Notes: generated by a model from the letters alone, not told the origin. Positions 22,201 through 32,180 are shown, counted from the stretch's first letter. The stretch: 32,180 bases of DNA from Nemertoderma westbladi (GCA_032718475.1 JAUCBJ010002970.1:1-32180); one strand, 5' to 3'. Program-made: numbers and translations.

Positions 22201-23871
22201 ATTTTATTAGATAACTTACCTCAGCAATAAGTTGATTTTATTAGATAACTTACCTCAGCAATAAGTTGATTTTATTAGATAACTTACCTCTGTAATAAGT
22301 TGATTCTATTTGATTTCTATAAGATAACTTACATCAGCAATAAGTTGATTCTATTAGATTTCTATTACATAACTTACCTCAGGAATAAGTTGATTCTATT
22401 TGATTACTATAAGATAACTTACATCAGCAATAAGTTGATTCTATTAGATTTCTATCACATAACTTACCTCAGGAATAAGTTGATTCTAATAGATTTATAT
22501 TAATAACTTACCTCAGCAATAAGTTGATTTTATTAGATAACTTACCTCTGTAATAAGTTGATTCTATTTGATTACTATAAGATAACTTACATCAGCAATA
22601 AGTTGATTCTATTAGATTTCTATCACATAACTTACCTCAGGAATAAGTTGATTCTAATAGATTTATATTAATAACTTACCTCAGCAATAAATTGATTTTA
22701 TTAGATAACTTACCTCAGCAATAAGTTGATTCTAATAGATTTATATTAATAACTTACCTCAGCAATAAGTTGATTTTATTAGATAACTTACCTCAGCATC
22801 AGCAATAAGTTGATTCTTTTAGATTTATATTAATAACTTACCTCAGCAATAAGTTAATTCTATTAGATTTCTATTAATAAATTACCTCAGCAATAAGTTG
22901 ATTCTAATAGATTTCTATTAATAACTACCTCAGAAATAAGTTGATTATATTAGATTTCTATTAATAACTTACCTCAGCAATAAGTCGATTCTATTAGATT
23001 TCTATTAATAACTTACCTCAGCAATAAGTTGATTCTATTAGATTTCTATTAATAAATTACCCAGCAAAAAGTTGATTCTAATAGATTTCTATTAATAACT
23101 TACCTCAGCAATAAGTTGATTCTATTAGATTTCTATTAATAACTTACCTCAGCAATAAGTTGATTCTATTAGATTTCTATTAATAAATTACCCAGCAAAA
23201 AGTTGATTCTAATAGATTTCTATTAATAACTTACCTCAGCAATAAGTTGATTCTAATAGATTTCTATTAATAACTTACCTCAGCAATAAGTTGATTCTAA
23301 TAGATTTCTATTAATAACTACCTCAGAAATAAGTTGATTATATTAGATTTCTATTAATAACTTACCTCAGCAATAAGTCGATTCTATTAGATTTCTATTA
23401 ATAACTTACCTCAGCAATAATTTGATTCTATTAGATTTCTATTAATAAATTACCCAGCAAAAAGTTGATTCTAATATATTTCTATTAATAACTTACCTCA
23501 GCAATAAGTTGATTCTATTAGATTTCTATTAATAACTTACCTCAGCAATAAGTCGATTATATTAGATAACTTACCTCAGCAATAAGTTGATTTTATTAGA
23601 TAACTTACCTCAGCAAGAAGTTGATTTTATTAGATAACTTACCTCAGCAATAAGTTGATTCTATTAGATTTATATTAATAACTTACCTCAGCAATAAGTT
23701 GATTCTATTAGATTTCTATTAATAAATTACCCAGCAAAAAGTTGATTCTAATAGATTTCTATTAATAACTTACCTCAGCAATAAGTTGATTCTATTAGAT
23801 TTCTATTAATAACTTACCTCAGCAATAAGTCGATTATATTAGATAACTTACCTCAGCAATAAGTTGATTCT
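16259..23871 (-). repeat. Splice-donor satellite block 3 (7.6 kb) with higher-order repeats; the last unit is the authentic exon-1 end
   Basis: Continuous 34/43/44/45-bp units. The terminal unit at 23844-23871 reads CAG AAT CAA CTT ATT GCT GAG|GTAAGTTAT on the minus strand. Confidence 0.97.
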
Positions 23872-24922
23872 GTACGGCTTCCACTTTAATATGCGTCGGA
23901 ACGGTTTGTAGTAGAATGTGAGCTGATTCCTTTAGAAGGGGGACAGTAGTGGACATAATGATAGAAAGCATAACGAGAGTTAGAGCGGGGTCTACATAGA
24001 CCACCCAGGATCCTTCCACCCTCCATATAATAACGGCCGATATAACGACAACTATAGAGCCGAGGAAATCGCCTAAGACGTGAAGGAAGACCGCTTTCAT
24101 ATTGAGTTGCTCGTCTTTAACGGCATGATGGCTATTTACGTTGGATAGCCCGATTATGTAATTATCACCTCTCTCGTTTTCTAGCGGTTCTGAAGCCGTT
24201 GAACAATTATTAATAGCGGAGGGAGGGCGATCGTCTACTATAGATTCTAGAACCGCGGGGATAGGCGACTTGTGGGTGTCGCTAGAAGGCCGTGTTAGTG
24301 GGGTTTTAGCGGGGGTTGAGCGAGCGAGGCTATACGATTGTGTGTCGCTACAATGCGAGGTGCCGATACTAGGCGTAGCCGGTGCGGTGGAATGTCCTGC
24401 AAAGTTGTCCTCCTCTTCGAGATAACCAGCCTGCTCTGCGATACTTTCCGCGACAAGGACAGCCTCCACTGCGCGACTGGCTCCGTGAGAGTGGCCGTGG
24501 AAGAGTTTCAAACCGATCAGATTAACTAAGAGACCGACGCCACCAACAATGAGAACCATCATTGGGTTGTCGACTGGTTCCGGCTGTATCAATCGTTTAA
24601 CAACATTTACGAACATCGATAAACAAAGTGAAGCGAGGAACACAGCGTTAACCAAGGCGCCTAACACTTCCGCACGGGCCCATCCAAACGTGTTCTTAGA
24701 AGTTTTTCTTTTTGAGATTCGGACTGCGAACAGGCCAATTAGAAGAGCTAAAACGTCGGACAACATATGGAAGGAATCGGACACCAAGGCCATTGATTTG
24801 GTTAGGTACCCCACGACTATTTCGACGAGGAAGTAACTCGCTGTTAGACCAAGCATCACTGCGAACCGCCATGTGCGGTTACCGTGACCGCCGCCGTGAG
24901 AGTGTCCGTATCCTCCCCCCAT
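23852..24922 (-). CDS. SLC30A1: Zinc transporter ZnT1-like (CDF family), exon 1: six TM helices with HD/HD transport site
   Basis: FLVEIVVG, SDSFHMLSD (TM2), NTFGWARAEVLGALVN, HGHSHG, LNMKAVFLHVLGD (TM5), YVDPAL, LLQTVP. 357 codons, ending at GAG|GTAAGT. Confidence 0.95.
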
Positions 24923-25185
24923 CGTTTTGTGATCGGTGAGTAGTAGGCCTATCGGTACGGTACCTGCCTACCTCTTCTTGATGTCTTGACTATCATGTAT
25001 CACCTCTCTAGTCAGCTAGTCTCTACCAGTTTACGGTCGGTCAGACGGTACCAGTACACAACATAGGTACACCATGGCCGTACACACTGTACAGTTGTAG
25101 TACCGGTACAACTGTACCTATCTGACTAAACCATGTCCCAGAATATTACAGGTATTATTATAGTGTCGTAATTCAGTGATAATAA

Positions 25186-25630
25186 CCCCCCCCCCCCCCT
25201 AATTTTTCTACAATTAATCTTACTCAGATTGCACGAAATTTGAAACAGAGATAGTTTCACCTCCCGACTACTGACTGGGTGAGCCAGAATTTATACTTTT
25301 GCTTTCAATCTTTAGCTACAAGCGTTTAAATAAAGTGTCTCCGGCGATATTGCACCAATCCCGCCGCAGTTTGCCTTAGCTGTTTGTTGGTACAGTATTA
25401 CTGGAAAGCTGGCCCTGCAAGGATTCCAAATAAGTTACACAATTTTGCCGGAGACACTTAATAGTTAATAGCTACGTAATCCAACGATTCACAGCGAAAA
25501 TAAAAATTCTGGCTCAACCAGCAAGGAGGAGGAAGGTGAAAATAATAATGTTTAAAATTTCATGCAAACTCATGAAGAGTTGTAGAAAAATTCATTTTTT
25601 TTTGGGGGGGGGGGGGGGGGGGGTGGGGGG
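25186..25630. mobile_element. Foldback/MITE-like long imperfect inverted repeat upstream of ZnT1
   Basis: Poly-C 25186-25199 pairs with poly-G 25604-25630. Nested arms AATTTTTCTACAA/TTGTAGAAAAATT, GAGCCAGAATTT/AAATTCTGGCTC and AAGTGTCTCCGGC/GCCGGAGACACTT. Confidence 0.75.
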
Positions 25631-26240
25631 TTGGATCCGCGATCCGCCATTGCAAGTCCCAGTATATTCCTTATGACACATTGCAAATAAATAAATCGAA
25701 TTACTAACTCCCTGATAATATTATCTATGAAAGGATATGGTGTGACATAAATTAATTAATAAACAATCCAAACTGAAATAACAATCAAAGAAATTACAAT
25801 TAAAACAAAATGAAATAAAATTAGCACAAAATAGCCTTTAGTTCAATCGAAATGTTTTATACATAATGTATACAGAAATAAATATATTTACTATTATTAT
25901 CTAAAATATTTAATTATGACTCCAACATAAGTTTATCAGGAGGCCAAACTCGATCAACCGACAATCTCTATGTTAATTCTACGAGTAAAAGCTGAAACCG
26001 AAGGAGTCCAAGTGGATCCCAAACTGATTCCCGTATATAACCAGACTACCCAGACCGCGCGGCTGATGGACTTTGGCTGCTACAGACAGCTGCTACCTAT
26101 GAGCTACAAAATGATGTTAGTTAGTTATTTTTTAAATATTCGAATAATTGCCAACCAATTGGGAGTTTATAAAGTTAAACCGATACGAGAGACAATAACA
26201 GCTCGGTTCCGTATAATAATAAGACGACTAATCTACTGGG

Positions 26241-27205
26241 TTAGTAAGATTGTTCCAGACAGATTGGACAGCGTTTTACGTTCTCGCCGCATATCTGGCA
26301 GGTTCCGTGGCCGCAGGGGAAGCCGCCACAACAACGGCGTTTCACACAGAGCGGACAAATAGAGCCGCCGTACTGCTGCTCGAGTTTACGGATGTACGCC
26401 GCGTTCTTGGACGACGGTTGTGGCGCCTTAATGTTTGTCTCTCGTGGTGTTGCTGATTCTGATAGGATGGAGCCGCTTGGAGGCGCCACACAGCCGCTAG
26501 GGGGCGCCACACCGCCGCTAGGGGGCGCCACACCGCCGCTAGGTGGCGCCACACCGCCACCAGGGGGCGCCACACAGCCGCTAGGGGGCGCCACACCGCC
26601 GCCACCCGTAGCAGACAGACCAACATCCGACGCCACTCTACACACAGCCGCCGAGTTGAACACAAATGTATCCCCCCCGCCCAGCCGCACCTTAACTCCC
26701 CCCTCGAACACATCCTCAACCCCCCCAGTGCGACCCGCGACGCCAACCATCGAGTCGCACCACCCGAAACTATCCTCTTGCAGCGACCGCAAAGCGACCT
26801 CGTTGCTACATATAACAACCCGGTCGCCCACCGATATACGCCTACTAGCGGGCGACACCGGACCGGAGTTTACACGCTCTCTCTCGGCTGACCGGGTAAT
26901 AATTTCCTCGGATACAATCTCCCTATCGGAGGACCCAACTCGCTCCCTATCGGTTGGTACGTCGTCCTTTTGGATCCTCGTCAGGATCGCGGGATTAAAG
27001 AAACATTTCTTCCCGTCGAGGTAATGCACCTCGACATCGTTATCGTCGTCGATCCATACGATCAGGCCGGTGGCCCCCAGAACCCCCGCCATCTGTTCGT
27101 TCCAACCGCCGTGACCCTGTTGCAGCCGTTTCACCGTTTTCTCTTCCAAGTCAATCCGGATTTGATCTCCCACCCGAAACCGAGCCGCTTCATTGCTAGC
27201 TAGGC
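26241..27205 (-). CDS. Mind bomb-like E3 ligase-related gene, last exon: Mib repeats 3 and 4, VAPPSGG repeats, RING finger
   Basis: Acceptor TTTAG|GC, phase 1. FRVGDQIRIDL...LQQGHGGW...FNPAIL and ISVGDRV...FNSAAV (SH3_15-like). CPLC...CGHGTCQIC...CPIC resembles the MIB1 C-terminal RING. Confidence 0.85.
26480..26602. repeat. 21-bp coding tandem repeat (VAPPSGG/C x6)
   Basis: GGCGCCACACCGCCGCTAGGG tandem copies inside the exon. Confidence 0.93.
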
Positions 27206-27807
27206 CTAAATATTATAATATAATAATAATATTCCAATATACTAAACAATATGAAATAATGTGGAATGACCTAAGTGGGGGTTGAACCCGTGGTATACAT
27301 TACCGAACCAGCTCAGCCACTTTCCCCTGACATTCACTTGAATATTTAATCCACTCCTATTGAACTGGTATTCTTATAAGCGGACTTATCCGACTTAAAA
27401 TGGAAATTGTTTAAGTTATTTTGGTATTTTTTAAAGAAGGTATCGAATAATAATTAAAACATTTTAATATTTCTACCGGCTGACCGGGTAGGTATTTCCA
27501 CATGCGAAGAACATCTGGTGTTTTTTATAGGAATTTTATGTGAAGAATTCTTATCTTTCCTAAATTCCTTCTTATTAAGTGTTTTATAGCGCTTATTTCT
27601 ATCTTATAACCTGTACAGATACTAATTTGTTTATTGTTTTGTTTATATTCGGTAACCTTGGCTTTTAGTGAAAACCTGTTAATCTTCGCATGGGGGTATA
27701 AACTGCAAAGTGAAATATAACAGCAGAAAGTCTGCTATCCGTATACTTCAGATGGGCGGTGTTTATAGCCTAACAATTTTATAATAATTATATAGAACAC
27801 TAATCAC

Positions 27808-28158
27808 CTCCACTGAACTGCTGAGGCGGCGGATCAGGAATTATATGTCCTTTCAGAGGCGTTGTGGCGGTCGGTGGCGTTGTGGCTGCCGGTGGCGCGG
27901 TGTCTCTCGGTGGCACATCGACTACGGGAGGCGATTCCACTATCGATAAAACCGCGGGGTTGAAATACCAGCAGTTACCGCTAGGGTACCGCACCCGTAT
28001 GTCTGCGTCCGAGTCTATCCCAATGACTTCTCCGTCTGCGTTCAATGTCTCTACCATGGTGTCGGTCCAGCCACCATGGCCTGTCTGTAACGTTTTAACC
28101 ACCTCCAATTCCAGAGTTAGTTTGACTCGATCGCCGATTGAGAATTTAGAGGATTCGC
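27808..28158 (-). CDS. Mind bomb-like gene, exon 3: Mib repeat 2 plus Pro/Thr linker
   Basis: Acceptor poly-C...CCCCAG|GC, donor G|GTGATT, phase 1-1. [34 protein letters not shown]...[14 protein letters not shown] closely resembles MIB1 REP1. Confidence 0.85.
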
Positions 28159-28715
28159 CTGGGGGTGGGGGGGGGGGGGGGGGGGGGAGTGCTGGCGGTA
28201 AACAATAGCATTCTCGCTAAATCATTACCTACTTGTTCTACAATAAACTGCTGCACACAACTCTAGGGTTAGGCCTATATTGAAAAATATCTAAACATGA
28301 AAATTATTGTGAGTAACAATTTTTTTTAATAAGGGTTGTATGATAATTTTTAGAACAAAAAAATATGTTCTAGAACAAAAATATTTATCAAAATTGATAG
28401 CATAAAAAATGCAATATTTTTACTCTCGATATTTTTACTCTCGATATGTTTACTCTCTATATCTTTACTCTCGATATCTCAGTAAAAAAACGTTGCACAT
28501 ATTTCAGTGTATGTATACTGTACTGTATATTTCCAAAAGTTAATTTCTTTACAACAAAAATCAGTTTTGAATTATTGATTTGGAACCAAAAATTTATATT
28601 ATATAGAAAAAGGAGGGGGGCATCCAGGTGTTATTGATACAATAAGCTTTTATATGCTAGAACATGGTGCACACAACGTGTACATATTATGTATGACATC
28701 TACTGACTGACCAAC

Positions 28716-28991
28716 CCTTAGAAATTTTAGTCAAGGCGATAGGATTAATCCTCCAGGTTTTATCGTTGGGATAGGAAACTCTGACGTCATTGTTTGATAA
28801 AATCGACACGACACTACCGACAACCCCCAAACAGAAGACTATTTCCTCGTTCCAACCTCCGTGTTTATCGTCGTGTAGAGCCTTCACCATTTCCCCATCC
28901 AAGTCTATTCGGACTATATCGCCCACACCAAAATCCGACCGCTGATCTAAAGGGATAAACATCAAAGTATCTAACGTGGTAAACAAGTTAA
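28716..28991 (-). CDS. Mind bomb-like gene, exon 2: Mib repeat 1
   Basis: Perfect TACTAAC branch site just before CTCCAG|TT; donor G|GTTGGT; phase 1-1. FGVGDIVRIDLD...HGGW...YPNDKTWRINPIAL. Confidence 0.8.
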
Positions 28992-29379
28992 CTGGAGCGT
29001 GGCGTTAGTACGTTATGTCTGTATGTGAAAGAATAAGAGGGGAGAAATTGTCATATAAGGAATTTGTTTTACTTAGAATCGTGGCTTAGACCCTTACAAC
29101 ACCAATATAACTCGATTTTAGTATGTATTCGCCGCGAACGACATCTTTCAAACTCGCTTCATATTTAAACTTAAGAGGGGAGTGGCATAGTCAAAAGTCA
29201 ACCTCTGATATCTGAAACAAATCACAATTTGTATTAATTATAGAGTTGCGCTCTAAGTCAGACAGGCCATAAAATAAAATTTAGTGAAATTTCTGTATTT
29301 CCATTGTCGGCCATTTTGGCAACAATGTCTGATATTCCGCTAAATTTGATCACTATAATTTGATCTTTTATTTTACAGT

Positions 29380-29720
29380 GACTCAAGAGAGGCCATACAG
29401 CTTGAACTGGATGAGGTAGCGAAGTGGTCCAAAGATAATGGTCTCGAAGTTAACCTGCGGAAGTCAAGGAAATCGAGGAAGTCAAAAGTTACGGCATTTT
29501 TCAACCATATTGGAATTGATAAACAAATTAAAACAACCACCACTTACCCCCACCCCCTCAATAGTCAACACTTCGATAAACCATGCAGCCATGTGAATAC
29601 TGGGGAAATAATGTTTTGAGGAGCACCTTTTCATTGTACATGTTTACACAGTCTCAACCTCGAAAGGCCCTGTCAACACTATGAAAAGGAACAATTTGAG
29701 GAATAATTTTTGCCGAATAG
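29380..29720 (+). pseudogene. Decayed CR1/L2-type RT fragment in intron 1 of the Mind bomb-like gene
   Basis: The + frame reads DSREAIQLELDEVAKWSKDNGLEVNLRKSRK, the classic post-YADD segment of non-LTR RT. The rest is degenerate. Confidence 0.55.
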
Positions 29721-30097
29721 TGCAATGAATTTACAAATGTACTCGTACTGTAGCCTAACTATATGACATGATTACATATCATATAAGTACATTATCTGCC
29801 ATCTAAATTAAACGATACATTTTACCATTAAAGTCTGTCACAGTCAGTTCTGCAGTTAGTAACTGCAGCTGAAAGCAGGAAAGGAAAGGGCATTCATTAC
29901 CAACGGGTATACCTGAACCTGCCCCTGCTGCCTGCATACGATACGAGTAAAACTGCATTCTACTCCAGTTCCGATAACAGGATAAGTTACCTAGGCCTAT
30001 AGTACCTACCGCACCGAGCTACCGCAGTACCGGTATAGGCCTACTGACCTACTGAATTACTGTGATAATACTGTTATGTGATAACAGGAATGCCTAC

Positions 30098-30182
30098 TTG
30101 TCGATTCCGTGGAGAGTTGTTGTACCATTTCTTCTAAAACCATTCCAGCGAATAGAGTTCGCACCAATTCTTCAGCAGCCAT
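30098..30182 (-). CDS. Putative first coding exon of the Mind bomb-like gene (MAAEELVRTLFAGMVLEEMVQQLSTEST)
   Basis: ATG at 30182 in AATATGG context; donor A|GTAGGC in phase 1, compatible with the 28991 acceptor. The four exons total 1677 nt = 559 codons. No homology support. Confidence 0.55.
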
Positions 30183-32180
30183 ATTCAATCAGTCTGTCAG
30201 TCAATACCGGTAGAACTATGGATGTCTCGACGTCCTATTGACTATCAATCGTAGTCGATCATTACTACACCACTTACTCACATAGGCTTGGTCTAGTATG
30301 TACCAGTAGTACCGGTAGGCTAATCTGTAATACTACAGTACAGCAGTAATCTTACTCCTGCAATCCTGTAATCAGTCTATCACAGTTGGCCTACCACTGC
30401 AGTATCCTGGTAGCGGTCTCATATTACATACCGGTACTGTACAGCAGTACTACAGTATTACCAGCTAACCAGGTGATCAGCTGACCGAATAGTAATTTTT
30501 TACGTCTGATTTTTTAACTTTTTCGTCAAATTGTCGAATTTGCACTACCATTTTTTCGTCCTTTTAATTGCTTTTTATGTCCGCGTCTCTTTAAACTGCC
30601 AGACTAATGTAACTGTAACCTGTTCTATTGCGTGTTTAGTTTATTGTTTTGGTTAAAATAACGTGCCACTGTAACCTGCTCATTTACCTAAATTGAGAAT
30701 TTAACATTGAGGCGGGATATTAATTCGCCAAGATGGGAGTTGCGTCCAGCCCCCCCCCCCCCCCCCCCCCGTCTCAAACATATACTGAATCGTTAATAAT
30801 AGAAGGAAAGGAGCAAATTAGAAGCGGGCTTTTTTTTAACCAAAACAATAAACGATCTCTTCAACAATTGTGGAAAGGTGCAGGTTTCAGAGACCGTGTT
30901 TTCTAACAAACACAATAAACGATATCGAAACCAATTGAAGGAGGGGTTACTGAAGTAGGCTTTTCTAATCAAAACAATAAACGATCTCATTAATAATATA
31001 GGGAAAGGAGCATGTTACAGTGGCAGACTTTTCTAACATAACCAATAACTATTTCGTGAACAATACAGGGAAAGGATCAGGTTAAAGCGTATTATTCGAT
31101 TATTATTATTACTCGAACCACTGTAACTTTACCCCCCCACGAGATAAAAATAGAGAAATTTAAGATAAATATACGTATTTGTTTTACATAATAAATAACA
31201 ATATTCAATTGCTCTCTTTATAATATAACTTTATAAAATTTATTGCATAAAAAATATGCTAAAATACACGAAATTAATGTGAGAAAAAAGTAACACATAA
31301 ATATTAATAAAGATAATAAACCACGAACACATAAAATATAAGTACAAAGACACGCCGTGATATGGATTGGCAGTGATATGATAATATCGATTATTGATAA
31401 AAACAAACTGACCGATTATTCTTTTATCTTATAAATATCCAGAAACTGAACGAAAACTCTAATAAAAAAAATAATTGTGGCCTAAAGATTAATTAAATAT
31501 ATTGCTCTATATTATTGTGCCATAGTTTACGATATAATTACAGTAAAGGTTGCAATTTGCATAACTTCGTGGTAAATCTGCCTCCAACACCAAATAAAAT
31601 AAAAGAGTTTTAGTTTATAAAATTGTTTAAAACATTATTAGCAAACATACCTGGTATTGCACTACATCTAGATGACTGCGACATTGAGTACTAATTATTA
31701 ACACATAATTGATTCTGTAGAAACACCAATATTAATGAAGTTACGGGTTTTTATCGCGAACAATATAAAAAAAAGAGAAAAAAGCCCATTTGTATAATAA
31801 ATAGTAATAATTATTTATTACATGGGAAAAAAAGTAGAACTTTTTTTTCATTATTCCCGAGGCATTTTATTAACCGGGCGTCTGCGAGGTTAATAAAGGG
31901 TCGAGAGAATATTGGAAAAAAGTTGTACGTATTTTCCCATGTAATACGTAGTAAAATTATTCTTAAATTTGACTTTTTTGTTGCTCAATTCTTTAATAAA
32001 ATATAGAATGATATCGAATGGGCTACAAGTAGCGGCCATGGTGTAACAGAATAAATTGAACTGTAGTATTTTACTATTATTTCTTCCATAGTTACTGCGA
32101 TTTAAATTATTGTACTCTTCAACTCTCGATGTTGCCTTACTCATTGTTAAAATAATTTGTAGTGTTCTCCTCGAATATTT

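Larger units (their letters stand above)
5596..23851 (-). other. 18,256-bp phase-0 GT-AG intron of the ZnT1-like gene, filled with splice-signal satellites and transposons
   Basis: Donor GAG|GTAAGT at 23852/23851 and acceptor CAG|G at 5596/5595. Splicing gives contiguous ...AVQNQLIAE|VSGVLGVHEFHVW..., matching the CDF TM6-CTD junction. Confidence 0.92.

Noticed and set aside
21535-22503. Three identical 67-aa ORFs (MILFDFYKITY...)
   Set aside because: They are artefacts of a higher-order satellite block, with TTG starts and no coding signal.
23834-23851. ORF-track C-terminus VSYLI* of the CDF protein
   Set aside because: It is read-through into the intron; the protein continues in exon 2 at 5595.
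16259-23871. CRISPR-like appearance of the palindromic 34-45-bp repeats
   Set aside because: There are no unique spacers and no cas genes, the context is eukaryotic, and the unit derives from the exon junction.
24923-25700. Metal-response elements (TGCRCNC) expected upstream of ZnT1
   Set aside because: Only near-misses (TGCACGA, TGCACCA) are seen; TGCACAC occurs only more than 3 kb away in Mib-like introns.
28992-29030. Alternative acceptor TTTCACATACAG for Mib-like exon 2
   Set aside because: It introduces an in-frame TAA; the downstream CTCCAG with a TACTAAC branch site fits the frame.
31890-32144. 84-aa ORF with faint MULE-like 'TSRVEEYNNLN'
   Set aside because: It is a single weak motif in AT-rich DNA at the window edge and is not supportable.

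Overview
AT-rich eukaryotic (metazoan-like) genomic DNA with spliceosomal introns and two minus-strand host genes. (1) A two-exon ZnT1/SLC30A1-like zinc exporter (exon 1 24922-23852, exon 2 5595-5161, about 501 aa) with an 18.26-kb phase-0 intron. (2) Upstream of it, a four-exon Mind bomb-derived gene (about 558 aa; four Mib/SH3_15 repeats plus one RING, with no ZZ or ankyrin region visible). The most striking feature is that about 9.3 kb of the ZnT1 intron is a satellite of roughly 200+ tandem copies of the gene's own exon-1 end plus 5' splice donor (AATCAACTTATTGCTGAG|GTAAGTTAT). The other end of the same intron carries 14 tandem copies of its own predicted branch-point segment. The satellite was later invaded by a hAT-like non-autonomous element (8-bp TSD) and a near full-length CR1/L2-group LINE. 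The LINE is itself interrupted by a 5'-truncated opposite-strand retroelement. The window also holds a truncated RTE LINE with an 11-bp TSD, several MITEs, minisatellites and decayed TE relics. All calls come from reading the sequence by eye; no searches were run.
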